Below the pieces are notes generated by a model. The model searched no databases. It worked only from the letters and a program-made list of their open reading frames with translations, and was not told where the DNA came from. A program made the position numbers and the translations under genes. Of a DNA stretch of 64,000 nt, positions 33,172-46,321 are shown piece after piece. How positions within the stretch are numbered: position 1 is the first letter of the stretch; the number at the start of each line of letters is the position of its first letter. Origin of the DNA: Squalus acanthias (taxonomy: Eukaryota); NCBI GenBank assembly GCA_030390025.1, contig CM059432.1, positions 3,782,001-3,846,000 of the forward strand, written 5' to 3'.

Positions 33172-35095
33172 ATAGAGTCATAGAGTTATACAGCACAGAA
33201 AGAGGCCCTTCGGCCCATCGTGTCCGCGCCGGCCATCAAGCCCTGTCTATTCTAATCCCATTTTCCAGCACTTGGTCTGTAGCCTTGTATGCTATGGCGT
33301 TTCAAGTGCTCATCTAAATGCTTCTTGAATTTTGTGAGGGTTCCTGCCTCGACCACCCTTTCAGGCAGTGAGTTCCAGATTCCAACCACCCTCTGGGTGA
33401 AAAAGTTTTTCCTCAAATCCCCTCTAAACCTCCTGCCCCTTACCTTGAAACTATGCCCCCTGGTTCCTTTCTATCTACCCTATCTATGCCCCTCATAATT
33501 TTGTACACCTCAATCAGGTCCCCCCTCAGCCTTCTCTGCAACAACCCCAGCCTGTCCAGTCTCTCTTCATAGCTGAAGCGCTCCAGCCCAGGTAACATCC
33601 TGGTGAATCTCCTCTGCACCCTCTCTAATGCAATCACATCCTTCCTATAGTGTGGCGACCAGAACTGCACACAGTATTCCAGCTGTGGCCTAACTAGCGT
33701 TTTGTACAGCTCCATCATAACCTCCCTGCTCTTATATTTTATGCCTCGGCTAATGAAGGCAAGTATCCCATATGCCTTTTTAACCACCTTATCTACCTGT
33801 CCTGCTGCCTTCAGGGATCTATGTACATGCACACCAAGGTCTCTCTGACCCTCTGTCCTTCCTAGGGTCCTACCATTCATTGTGTATTCCCTTGCCTTGT
33901 TAGTCCTCCCAAAATGCATCACCTCACACTTTTCAGGGTTAAATTCCATTTGCCACTGTTCTGCCCATCTGACCAACCCATCTATATCGTCCTGTAGCCT
34001 GAGGCTTCCCTCCTCGCTATTTACCACTCCACCAATTTTCACCAATTTCCACTCCAAACCATCGTCAACAGCTTCACCGAAGCGTACGAGAGCATGGGCC
34101 TTACACTAAACATCCGTAAGACAAAGGTCCTCTACCAACCTGCCCCCGCCACACAGTACTGCCCCCCGATTATCAAAATCCACGACAAGGCCTTGGACAA
34201 CGTGGACCACTTTCCATACCTTGGGAGCCTACTGTCAACAAGGGCAGACGTCGACGACGAAGTCCAACACCGCCTTCAGTGTGCCAGTGCAGCCTTCGGT
34301 TGCCTGAGGAAGAGAGTGTTTGAAGACTAGGGCCTCAAACCCGACACTAAGCTCATGGTCTACAGAGCAACAGTGATACCCGCCCTACTGTATGCCTCAG
34401 AGACATGGGCCATGTACAGCAGGCACCTCAAAGCACTGGAGAGGTACCACCAACGCTGCCTCCGCAAGATCCTGCAAATCCATTGGCAGGATAGGAGCAC
34501 CAACATCAGTGTTCTTGCTCAGGCCAACATCCCCAGCATCGAAGCTTTGACCATGCTCGATCAGCTCCGATGGACGGGACACATTGTCCGCATGCCCAAT
34601 ACGAGACTCCCAAAACAAGCGCTCTACTCGGAGCTCCGGCACGGCAAGAGAGCCCCAGGTGGGCAGAGGAAACGCTTCAAGGTCACCCTCAAAGCCTCCT
34701 TGAAAAAGTGTAACATCCCCACCGACACCTGGGAATCCCTGGCCCAAGACCGCACAAAGTGGAGGAGAAGCATCCGGGAAGGCGCCGAACACCTCGAGTC
34801 TCTTCGCCAGGAGCAAGCGGAAGCCAAGCGCAGGCAGCGCAAGGAGCTCACGTCAACCCAAGCACCCCACCCACCCGCTCCTTCAACCACCGTCTGCCCC
34901 ACCTGTGACAGAGACTGTGGGTCCCGCATTGGACTCATCAGTCACCTGAGAACTCATTTTTAATGTGGAAGCAAGTCATCCTCGGTTCCGAGGGACTGCC
35001 TAAGAGAGAGAGAGAGAATTTTCGTGTCATCTGCGAACTTACTGATCATACCTCCTACATACATATCTAAATCATTAATGTACATGACAAACAGC
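33172..35095 (-). mobile_element. CR1 3' portion interrupted by RTE
   Basis: ORF 33440-34057; very similar to 6634-7595. Confidence 0.9.
34041..35016 (+). mobile_element. RTE LINE 3' fragment, TSD AATTTTC
   Basis: GLTLNIRKTKV, FPYLGS, LLYASETW, QLRWTGH; TSD at 34034-34040 and 35017-35023. Confidence 0.92.
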
Positions 35096-35389
35096 AAACA
35101 ATATAACTAATAATCGAAAATGTAAAATATGCACGATCGTTTAAACGACCCCTGTGACTTTTCTCCCGGGGTGTTGCTCACAGCTGTGTCCTAGAGATTA
35201 ACCTTCAATTCCTGGAGACTCCCGGGCAACCCTGAGGGGTTTGGCGACCCCGAGCACGGCACAGCTTGTGCGTGTTTACATTTTTTTGGGACAGGGCTTG
35301 AATCTCACAGCCAGGATTTGTTCACAGCGTCTGTTGAGGCAGAAACATCAATAACCCCAGCTGAAAATGGTGGTGAAACTGCCATTGAC

Positions 35390-35885
35390 ATTAAACCGAG
35401 TCCCCGTCTGCTCTCTCAGGTGGACATAAAAAATCCCACAGCCATTATTGTGAAGAAGAGCAGGGGACTTCTCCCCGGTGTCCTGGGCCAATTGTTATCC
35501 CTCAATCAACATCACTAAAAACAGATTATCTGGTCATTATCACGTTGCTGTTTGTGGGAGCTTGCTGTGCGCAAATTGGCTGCCGCATTTCCTACATTAC
35601 AACAGTGACTACACTTCAAAAATACTTCATTTTCCTGTAAAGCGCTTTGGGATGTCCGGTGGTCGTGAAAAGCGCCGTATAAATGCAAGTCTTTCTTTCT
35701 TATTTTACAGGAGCGATTATCAAACAAAGCTTGACAGCGAGCCACATAAGGAGATATTAGGGCAGGTGACCAAAAGCTTGGGCAAAGAAGTAGGTTTTAA
35801 GGAGCCTCTTAAAGGAGGAAAGAGAAGTGGAGAGGAGGAGAGATTTAGGGAGGGAATTCCAGAGCTTAGGGCCGAAGCAGCGGAA
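35390..35885. mobile_element. Partial Deu SINE (+, 35390-35700) and L2 tail (-, 35708-35885)
   Basis: Similarity to the other copies in the window. Confidence 0.8.
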
Positions 35886-36289
35886 GAAGTCTTATAAACC
35901 ACAGGGACAGCCTCTAGTTAATGATTATTGCAGAGGTCTAAAAATGCAGTATTAGGATTGAAGTCTACTCTCCATGAAATAGGAACAAAAATTGTCCAGT
36001 TCATTTGTTAGTAGAATATTAAAGGCCACTTTATATCAGAGCAATTCTATGTTCATTTCTTGCTAAAAAGACGCATTGAATCAACTGCGAAGATCAGTAA
36101 GGTCACACTTATCTGTCGACTAAATCTAAGAGAGGAGACAGTCCATGACAATATAGTCTAAACTCATTAGAGCAACATCAGTTTCAGGCCTCTTGCCCGA
36201 TCAGACAATTAGCCACAAATAGTTTTGTAATGGATTTAATACAAGCTTACAAAATCCTGCATCAATTGAGGTGTGGCTGTTCAGCGTCA

Positions 36290-37960
36290 AAATTGAGAAG
36301 GCTGAGGGGTGACCTAATAGAGGTCTTCAAAGTTATGAATGTGTTCGATTGGGTAGGCGTAGAGAAGATGTTTCCACTTGTGGGGGGAGACCAGAACTAG
36401 GGGTCATGATGCGATTGGGTGAGATGAAGTAGGGTGGGAGGAGGCTCGTGTAGACCATAAACTATTGAATTTTATAGCACAGAAACAGGCCCTTCGGCCC
36501 AACAGGCCCATAAGAACAAATATTTTGTATCTGTCTTCACTGTAGAAGACACTAACAACATCCCAATAATGGATAATCAAGGGGCCACAGGGAGGGGGAA
36601 CTAAAGACAATCACTATCACTCAGGAAATAGTACTCGGTAAAATAATGGGACTAAAAGATGACAAGTCCCCTGGACCAGATGGCCTGCATCTCAGGGTCT
36701 TAAAAGAAGTGGCTGCAGAGATAGTGGATGCATTGGTTGCAAGATACCAAAATTCCCTGGACTCTGGAGAGGTCCCAGCAGATTGGAAAACCGCAATTGT
36801 AACACCCCTATTTAAGAAAGGAGGGAGACAGAAAGCAGGAAACTATAGACCAGTTAGCCTAACATCTGTCGTTGGGAAAATGCTGGAGTCCTTCATTAAG
36901 GAAGCAGTAGCAGGGCATTTGGAAAATCATAATGCAGTCAAGCAGAGTCAGCATGGTTTTATGAAAGGGAAATCATGTTTAACAAACTTGGTGGAGTTCT
37001 TTTGAGGAGGTAACGAGCAGGGTGGACAAAGGTGAACCAGTGGATGTGGTGTGTTTGGATTTCCAGAAGGCATTCGATAAGGTGCCACATGAAAGGTTAC
37101 TGCATAAGATAAGAGCTCACGGAATTGGAGGTAATATATTAGCATGGATAGAGAATTGGCTAACTAACAGAAAGCAGAGAGTCGGGATAAATGGGTCATT
37201 TTCCGGTTGGCAAACGGTAACTAGTGGGGTGCCACAGGGATTGGTGCTGGGGCCTCAACTATTTACAATCTACATTAATGACTTGGATGAAGGGACCGAG
37301 TGTAATGTAGCCAAGTTTGCGGATGATACAAAGATGGGTGGGAAAGCAAGTTGTGCAGAGGACTCAAAGAACCTGCAAAGGGATATAGACAGGCTAAGTG
37401 AATGGGCAAACATTTGGCAGATGGAGTATAATGTGGGAAAGTGTGAGGTTATACACTTTGGCAGGAAAAATGAAAAAGCAAATTATTATTTAAATGGAGA
37501 GAGATTACAAAATGCTACAGTTCAGAGGGACCTGGGTGTCCTTGTGCATGAAACGCAAAAAGTTAGCATGCAGGTAAAGCAAGTAATCAAAAAGGCAAAT
37601 GGAATGTTGGCCTTTATTTCAAAGGGGTTGGAGTATAAAAGCAGGGAAGTCCTGCTACAACTGTACAAGGTATTGGTGAGACCACACCTTGAGTACTGCG
37701 TACAGTTTTGGTCTCCTTATTTAAGGAAGGATATACTTGCATTGGAGGCAGTTCAGAGACGATTCACTAGGTTAATTCCGGAGATGAGGGGGTTGACTTA
37801 TGAGGAAAGGTTGAGCAGGCTGGGCCTATTCTCATTGGAATTTAGAAGAATGAGAGGTGATCTTATTGAAACATATAAGATACGGAGGGGGCTCGACAAG
37901 GTAGATGCAGAGAGGATGTTTCTACTCGTAGGGAAATCTAGAACGCGGGGTCACAGTTCT
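36290..37960 (+). mobile_element. CR1 ORF2 RT region, frameshifted and truncated at both ends
   Basis: KSPGPDG, NYRPVSLTS, DFQKAFDKV, GVPQG, KFADDTK. Confidence 0.92.
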
Positions 37961-38785
37961 TAAGAGCATAAAAGCATAAGAAATAGGAGCAGGAGTAGGC
38001 CATTTGGCCCCTCGAGCCTGCTCCGCCGTTCAATGAGATCATGGCTGATCTGATCTTGGGCTCAAAGCCACTTTCCCACCCGATCCCCATAACCCATCAC
38101 TCCCTTATTGTTAAAAAATCTGTCTATCTCCACCTTAAATATATTCAATGACCCAGCCTTCTCAGCTCTCTGGGGCAGAGAATTCCACAGATTTACGACC
38201 CTCTGAGAGAAGAAATTCCTCCTCATCTCAATTTTAAATTGGCGACCCTTTATACTGAGACTATGCCCCCGAGTTCTAGATCCCCCCATGAGGGGAAACA
38301 TCTTCTCTGCATCTACCTTGTCGAGCCCCCTCAGTATCTTTTATGTTTCAATAAGATCACCTCTCATTCTTCTAAACTCCAATGAGTATAGGCCCAACCT
38401 GATCAACCTTTCTTCATAAGACAACCCCTTCATCCCAGGAATCAACCTCGTCCATACTGGTGTTTATGCTCCACACGAGCCTCCGCCTACCTTATTTCAC
38501 CTCACCCTGTCAGCATGTCCTTCTATTCCTTTCTCCCTCATGTGTTTATCTAGCTTCCCCTTAAATGCATCTCTGCTATTCGCCTCAACCACTCCCTGTG
38601 GTAGCGAGTTCCACATTCTCACCACTCTCTGGGTAAAGAAGTTTCTCCTATTGGATTTATTAGTGACTATGTTATAATTATAGCCCCTAGTTTTGGACTC
38701 TCCTCCACAGTTGGAAACATTTTCTCTACAGCTACCCTATTAAACTCCCTTCTAATGTTAAGGACCTCGATCAGGTCATCTCTCA
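37961..38785 (-). mobile_element. Two CR1 3' fragments
   Basis: ORF 38062-38301 plus tails on the minus strand. Confidence 0.85.
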
Positions 38786-38894
38786 GTCTTCTCGTTCAAA
38801 ATTACTCTCGTTGATGCTTGGGAGCACTAAACGGGAGCTGTACTGAGTTACCGACGGGCTCTGCCAACCCTGGTACAGCGAGTGATGGGCATGA

Positions 38895-39212
38895 CTCCCA
38901 AACCCGCGACCTCTACCACCTAGAAGGACAAGGGCAGCAGGTGCCTGAGAACACCACCACGTCCAAGTTCCCCTCCAAGTCACACACGCACCATCCTGAC
39001 TTGGAAATGTATCGGCCGTTCCTTCATCGTCGCTGGGTCAAAATCCTGGAACTCCCTCCCTAACAGCACTGTGGGAGCACCTTCACCACACGGACTGCAG
39101 CGGTTCAAGAAGGCGGCTCACCACCACCTTCTCAAGGGGCAATTAGGGGATGGTCAATACAATGTCGGCCTTGCCAGCGACGCCCACATCCCGTGAATGA
39201 ATTAAAAAAAAT
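38895..39212 (+). mobile_element. 3' end of the 61880-type LINE
   Basis: CCCAAACCCGCGACCTCTACCACCTAGAAG...TGAATGAATTAAAAAAA. Confidence 0.85.
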
Positions 39213-40191
39213 GATTCGGAGTCACTTCCCTCAGCTGTAAAAGAGGCATTCCCTACGGACTTTTTGGATGAACGCGGAATGTTGAGAAGGCAAGTGGCTT
39301 AAAGGAAGGAAAGACCCTTCACTCTGATGCCGCGCATTGATTGGCATTTATTTTCGACACTGTTCTCAGCCGCATTAAAGTTTGGTACGTGCTGCATTTG
39401 CATACATGAACTGAAGAGGTTTACTTCAACCTGGCAGAACCTGTGCACTGTCATAGCCTCAGCGCGCCATGTACCAGACTGATTTCAACAGGGCAGGTTG
39501 AGACTCTCAATGGTGCTAAACATACTTCACCAGACTGAAGCCAACGTGCTCCGTTTACAGATCAAGTAAGCACTATTAAACTGTTCAGCAACTCGACTTC
39601 GTTTCAGAGAACCCACAATTGGCAGGCAAATCCCTAATAGGCCAACATTTCATGACACTTCTTGCGCACGGGGCCCTGTGATTGGGCACGATGCATATTT
39701 CGGAAGAATTCTATTTTCTGTTGCTATCATCTGGGAGCGAGGAAGCCTTGCCAGTGGCAGCAAGCGTGTAGTGTGATAATGTCACCGGTATAGTAAAGCC
39801 AGCCACGCTGCAGGGCTGAGAGAATCACCGGCACAACTGTCAGGACAATTTAATTAATCCCTTGTTCCTCCGTATCCTGCTCCTCTCCTCCTCTCTAGCT
39901 CCTGCTCTCTCTCTCTCTCTCTCTCGGTTTCGCTCCGATTGGAGACTGAAACCCAGCCTTGCAGAGATATAGAAACACCCTAATTCATTCAGCCACTTTA
40001 GGAGAGGGATCAAATGTGTTCGTAAAAGAACAAGTTAAAGATGATCCAATTTCTCTTCGGCTAACAGATGTCTTGACATGGAGGGATATTAGATAACACT
40101 GATTCCTTGTGAGGTTAAAAAAAAATAAAACAGATGCTCGTTTTTACAGCTTGCCAAACTGTTTCAGCTACTTAAAAGCCAGTAGTACCGA

Positions 40192-41096
40192 GAATAGAAT
40201 CATTGAAATTTACGGCACAGAAGGAGGCCATTCGGCCCATTGTGTCTGTGCCGGCCGACAAAGAGCTCTCCAGCCCAATCCCACTTTCCAGCTCTTGGTC
40301 CATAGTCCTTGCAGGTTACGGCACTTCCAGTGCATATCCAAGCACTTTTTAAATGTGATGAGGGTTTCTGCCTCTACCGCCCTTTCAGGCAGTGAGTTCC
40401 AAACCCCCACCATCCTCTGGGTGAAGAAAGTTCTCCTCAACTCCCCTCTAAACCTTCCACCAATTACTTTAAATCTCTGCCCCCTGGTTATTGGCCCCTC
40501 TGCTAAGGGAAATATGACCTATCCACTCTATCTCAGCGACTCATAATTTTATACACCTCAATTAAGTCTCCTCTCAGCCTCCTCCATTCCAAAATAATAA
40601 TTAAATAGGTTTGCTTTTGTGAAACACGTATTATACAAAGTTATGTATGCTAATTTAGTCATAATAGCGCTAACAGTGTCAGCTGTGGCTCAGTGGGTAG
40701 CACGCTCGCCTCTGAGTCAGAAGGTTGTGGGTTCTGAGTCCCACTCCAGGGACTTGAGCACAAAAGTCTAGGCTGACACTCCCAGTGCAGTGCTGAGGGA
40801 GCGCTGCACTGTCGGAGGTGCCGTCTTTCGGATGAGATGTTAAACCAGGTCCAATCTGGTCTCTCAGGTAGACATAAAAGAATCCCATGGCCCCTCAATC
40901 AACATCACTAAAAAACAGATTATCTGGTCATTATCACATTGCTGTTTGCGGGAGTTTGCTGTGCGCAAATTGGCTGCTGTGTTTCCAACATTACAACAGT
41001 GACTACACTTCAAAAGTACTTCATTGGCTGTAAAGCACTTTGAGACGTCCGGTGGTCGCGAAAGGCGCTATAGAAATGAAAGTCTTTCTTTCTTTC
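40192..41096. mobile_element. CR1 3' fragment (-, 40192-40592) and Deu SINE (+, 40678-41096)
   Basis: ORF 40210-40440; SINE head, Deu region and tail with an internal deletion. Confidence 0.85.
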
Positions 41097-42061
41097 ATAA
41101 TAACAAGTAAATAATATTTGAGAGTGTTTGCTGTGTTGTACATCAGTCAACACATTTATTTTAGAATAGGGGACAGAGAAAGAAAGAAGAAACTTGCATT
41201 TCGACAGCACCTTTCATGACTGCAGGACGTCCCAAAGCCCTTTACAGCCAATTTTTTAAATTCGTTCCTGGGATGTGGGCGTCGCTGGCAAGGTCAACAT
41301 TTATTGCCCAACCCTACTTGCCCCTTGAGAAGGTGGTGGTGAGCCGCCTTCTTGAACCACTGCAGTCCGTGTGGTGAAGGTGCTCCCACAGCGCTGTTAG
41401 GGAGCGAGTTCCAGGACTTTCTTTTATTGTCCTTGTACCTCTTCTTACTCAGTGTCCATCTTTTCCCCCCGTGTAAAAAGTGCTCTCTCAAATATTATTC
41501 ATATCGGTCATTTAGCCCCTTGAGCCTGTTCCGTCATTCAATGAGATCATGGCTGATCTGTGACCTAACTCCATAGACCCGCCTTTGCCCCCATATCCCT
41601 TAATACCTTTGGTTAACAAAAATCAATCAATTTCAGATTTAAAATTAACAATTGATCTCGCATCAACTGCCATTTGCGGACGAGAGTTCCAAACTTCTAC
41701 CACCCTTTGTGTGTAGAAGTGTTTTCTAACTTCACTCCTGAAAGGTCAAATGCTGCAGGCAAATCCTAGCCCCCTGTTCCTTTAAACAACATATGGATCG
41801 TGCATTAAAGTCATTGATAGATTCGATACTCTCCAGACTATGACAGTGCGTGGCTCCTTTCAAACTCCATGCAATGCTGCTGTTTGAAACACAAGCAACG
41901 TTTTTAGGACATGAGACTTTAATGGGATCAGTAAATCAGTCAGTGGCAAATCAACAACTGCTCACCTCTGTACAGCATTCCTCACAACAAAGAGCACCTC
42001 AGGGCACTTTACACGGTGAAAAGATGGACACGGAGCAAGAAGAGGTACAATGACAATAAAC

Positions 42062-42648
42062 AAAAGACAGACTTGCATTTCTATAGCACCTTTCACGACC
42101 TCTGGATGTCTCAAAGCGCTTTACAGCCAATGAAGTACTTTTGAAGTGTAGTCACTGCTGTAATGCAGGAAACGCGGCAGCCATATTTGCGCACAGCAAG
42201 CTCCCACAGACAGCAATGTGATAACGACCAGATAATCTGTTTTTAGTGATGTTGATTGAGAGATAAATATTGGCCCCAGGACACTGGGGATAACTCCCCT
42301 GCTCTTCTTCGGAATAGTGGCCGTGGGATCTTTTACGTCCACCCGAGAGAGCAGACGGGGCCTCGGTTTAACGTCCCATCTGAACGACGGCATCTCCGAC
42401 AGTGCAGCGCTCCCTCAGCACTGCACTGGGAGTGTGAGCCTGGATTTTTGTGTCAGAAGGCCAGGTTTAACACGATTTTAAAGGTAGTGTGTGAGGCAGG
42501 GTAACAAAGTGCAGTGGAGCATAAGAACATAAGAAGGAAGAGCAGGAGTGGGCTGTATGGCCCCTCGAGCCTGCTCCGCCATTCAATAAGATCATGGCTG
42601 ATCTTCGACCTCATCTCCACTTTCCCGCCCGATCTCCATATCCCTTGG
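42062..42648 (-). mobile_element. Headless Deu SINE (42062-42452) and CR1 tail (42520-42648)
   Basis: Reverse complement of the other copies. Confidence 0.82.
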
Positions 42649-42764
42649 AAGCAAACGCCAAGGTGCTGAGGCCCAGTGGCTGAAAGATTGGTCTCCAATG
42701 GCGGGGTCAATGTGATGAGGAGGAAGTAGCACTGCCAACCCTCCAGGCTTACCCTGGAGTCCCC

Positions 42765-44135
42765 TGTAAGGGGTTACGGTTCAGGGTGCTTGTGCGGGGT
42801 TAGGCCTTCTTGCTTGCTCTGGTCTCCAGCCAGCCTTGTTGCAATAAGCACCTGTGAGTGGTTCGACCCACTCGCCCTTACGGTTCTAACACTGGACTTA
42901 GGTGCGAGAGCAGTAATGCAGAGAAAACTCAAATAGACCCGGTTGAATAGTACGAAATGGAAATCTTTATTGCATAACGTCCAAAATCACGAAGTACATG
43001 TCATAGGCACAAATTAATGACAGTACAAGTATACATACATTCATAAAACTTGGTCTAGGGTAATGAGGATCGCACGGCACATTGTAAAAAGGGGAACACA
43101 TTATATTTATCCTTAATAAAACCACCCTCCCCTATTAATACCTACACTAATCTAGATTTGTAGGATCGAGGAAACATGCTCACCACTCGTGATACTTCGG
43201 AGAATTTTAAACGAGGCACTCGGCTTGTTTCGCTGCAACACCTGACTGTCACGTGTTGGAAGGGGTCTCTGTACCCCACTTGTTTATTTTCGCTGCTCCG
43301 GCAAGCAGGCTGGGCTCCCCGTTGTCATGAAGAACTCGACAGTGCTTGGACACGGTTGTAGAAGTCCAGAGAGACAGTCAAAAGCTCACCAGTCAAGCGA
43401 GTCCATGAAGCGGCAAGCGAATAAGAGTTCAGCAGTCATCAGCCAGATAAGAGAACAATAAGCAAGAGTTCAGCCCGAGTCAAGAGTCGAATCAAGAGAG
43501 CGATGGACATTTGTTCACTATAGTTATAGTGCTGTGTTCCCTTATCTCCCGCTCAAATCTTAATGTTTGTCCTTTGTGTAATACTGATGCACAAAACTCC
43601 CAGCATGGGGCGATTCTTTCCTTTAATGGGTTTCGGTAGCACCTTCAACTGGCCAACTACCCGTTAATGTTTTCCCCATTGTCGAACCGGCTAGGAGTCT
43701 CCCTGACTGGTTTTGGGGCCTCCTCGAATACTGACTTAATCATCCGTGAATGGCTCTCTCATTGTAGAGCCGTGGGGGTAGTTGTGGATTGATGTATCTG
43801 GATGGGCCTTCGATTGCCCAGTACAATGGTCCTTACTTGTGCATGGAAAACGATTCCAGCACTTATCTCTTGCTATTGTGTCAAATGCAGACAGGTTGCA
43901 TCCTGTCTTTATCAGTGTTTGCTGCGTATTAACCAATCTTATACTGAAATGTTTATTCGAACGCCATCTTGTCTGCCCACTGAAAATTCTGGAAGCTTCT
44001 GCCACGAGGCTCGGCGGCCATTTTACAGGCTTCTGTGTCCTGTTTAATCATGACAGCATTTCGTTGAAATAAAACTGATGAAACGAATCTGCTTTATCTC
44101 GTTATTTCGAATCGCGATAATTTGCGAATTCTACA
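42765..44135 (-). mobile_element. Solo LTR (1371 bp), 4-bp TSD CCCC
   Basis: TGTA...TACA termini; CCCC at 42761-42764 and 44136-44139; AATAAA on the minus strand at 42966-42971. Confidence 0.82.
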
Positions 44136-44246
44136 CCCCAGAAATCAAAGACTAATCTCCCGGACACTGCTGAGAGCAACTCTGGGGAAAGATCGTGGGG
44201 TCATCAACAAAATGGTGTTTTTAAAACATTTTCGCTGAACACTTTT

Positions 44247-44663
44247 GTCAGCCGTGGCTCAGTGGGTAGCACTCTTGCCCCTGAGTCTACGAGGTTGTGG
44301 GGTCAAGTTCACTCCCAGTGCGGTGCTGAGGGAGCGCTGCACTGTCGGAGGTGCCGTCTTTTGGATGAGACGTTAAACCGAGGCTCCGTCTGCTCTCTCA
44401 GGTGGACGTAAAAGATCCCACGGCAACTATTTCGAAGAAGAGCAGGGGAGTTATCCCCGGTGTCCTGGGGCCAATATTTATCCCTCAACCAACAGAACAA
44501 AAACAGATTATCTGGTCATTACCACATTGCTGTTTGTGGGAGCTTGCTGTGCGCAAATTGGCTGCCGCATTTCCTACATTACAACAGTGACGAAACTCCA
44601 AAAGTAATTCATTGGGACGTCCCGAGGTCGTGAAAGGCGCTACAGAAATGCAAGTCTTTCTTC
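44247..44663 (+). mobile_element. Deu-domain SINE
   Basis: tRNA-like head, Deu region and tail. Confidence 0.88.
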
Positions 44664-45265
44664 GTATTCATTATAAAAATATCAGGCGTGGGGCAAAAGG
44701 GCTGTGAGATTGACAGCCAAGAATCAGCCAATCGGGTAATGACGAGTCTGTTGGCTTTCCAGTTGGCTGTGGGGAAGGCGGGGCGCCGCAAGGATGGGCG
44801 TGTCAGGTGACCAATGGCGGGAGCGTGGGGGGGGGGGTGGAGGTTGGCAGCAGGAGGTCACATGACGACATTTCCAGGAATATGTCCAACCAGAGCTGGA
44901 AACCCTAGGATGGTGCAAGAGTCCAGATGCTGAGAAAGGGAGAGTGCAGCTTTACTAGTTTGGGCGGGGGGGGGGGGGGGAAAAGAGGCAGAGAGTCTAT
45001 ACGGGGACTTGAAATCAAATCACCTCGTTCTAAAAAATTCGATCTACAAAGTTTAATAAGATTATATAATTGGGACGGGATGAGATTATGATCTAAAGCT
45101 TATCTGAATGAGCTAATGGCAGACTAAGCTGGGCTCAAGAGGATAGTCTAAGAGAAAGATATGATGGATACAACTTCAGATGTGCCAAAGAAACCTTCTC
45201 ATCAGGTGAGTGAGGTCACTCGCCCACGTAAGTGTTGGGATAGCGGTTATGTTAGTAATCCAGAG

Positions 45266-45739
45266 AAAGAAAGACTTGCATTTCTCCAGCGCCTTTCATA
45301 ACCTCAGGACGTCCCAAAGCGTTTTACAGCCAATGAAGTACTTTTTGAAGTGTAGTCACTGTTGTAATGTGGGAAACACGGCAGCCAATTTGCGCACAGC
45401 AAGCTCCCACAAACAGCAGTGTGATAATGACCAGATAATCTGTTTTAGAGATCTTGGTTGAGGGATAAATATTGGCCCAGGACACCGGGGAGAACTCCCC
45501 TGCTCTTCTTCGAAATAGTGGCCATGGGATCTTTTACATCCCCCTGAGAGAGCAGACGGGGCCTTGGTTTAACATCTCATCCAAAAGACGGCATCTCCGA
45601 CAGTGCAGCACTCCCTCAGTACTGCAATGGGAGTGGGAGTGTCAGCCTAGATTTTTATGCTCAAGTCTCTGGAGTGGGACCTGAACCCACAACCTTCTGA
45701 CTCAGAGGTGAGAGTGCTGCCCACTGAGCCACAGCTGAC
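45266..45739 (-). mobile_element. Deu-domain SINE, full length
   Basis: Reverse complement of the 20441 copy. Confidence 0.88.
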
Positions 45740-45809
45740 ACCTAACCATCGGCCACGGCCTGCGCTTGGAGGGGGGTAAATCTGTGGAAAGACTGGGGTC
45801 CCGTGGCGG

Positions 45810-46260
45810 AAGGGTCGAGAACCAGAGGTCACAGATTTAAGGTGATTGGCAGAAGAGCCAGAGGCGACATGAGGAAAACCTCTTTTTTTTACACAGCGAG
45901 TTGTTGTGATCTGGAACGCGCTGCCTGAAAGGGCGGTGGAAGCAGATTCAACAGTGACTTTCAAAAGGGGAATTGGATAAATACTTGAAAGGGAAAAAAT
46001 ATACAGGGTTGTGGGGAAAGAGCAGGGGGAGTGGGACCAGTATTCCCAGTCCAGGGAGCCCGCGCAGCCGGTGTGCCGGCATTTCAATGTAAAGATCGCG
46101 CAAGTGCGGTATTCTGCATCAATCAGCTCAGCCCCTAAAAGGGGCCACGCAGGGCCCAAAAAAATTTACAGGGGACATAGAGTGGGACTAATTGGATAGC
46201 TTTACCAAAGATGGGCCGATTGGCCTCCTTCTGTGTTGTAGCATTCTACAATCCTATGAT
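45810..46260 (+). mobile_element. CR1 3' fragment interrupted by a MITE
   Basis: AGAACCAGAGGTCACAGATTTAAGG... plus tail. Confidence 0.82.
46038..46180. mobile_element. 143-bp hAT-like MITE, 8-bp TSD AGTGGGAC
   Basis: TSD at 46030-46037 and 46181-46188; degenerate TIR CAGTATTCCC/GGGGACATAG. Confidence 0.72.
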
Positions 46261-46321
46261 AGCCGCGGGGGCAGAACAACGAGTGGTAAGTGGACCTGTT
46301 TGATTCTCACGCCCGTACTGC

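Larger units (their letters stand above)
42727..44908. mobile_element. Degenerate TAGGGTTGCCA-type TIR element hosting an LTR and a SINE
   Basis: TAGCACTGCCAACCCTCCAGG ... GCTGGAAACCCTA; related pieces at ~32220 and ~35180-35252. Confidence 0.5.

Noticed and set aside
36520..38450. Twin-priming inversion of a single CR1
   Set aside because: The two opposed parts overlap by ~190 bp of consensus and differ in sequence, so they are independent copies
45100..45235. Exon ending at CAG|GTGAGT or CAC|GTAAGT
   Set aside because: Good donors, but no convincing acceptor plus open frame
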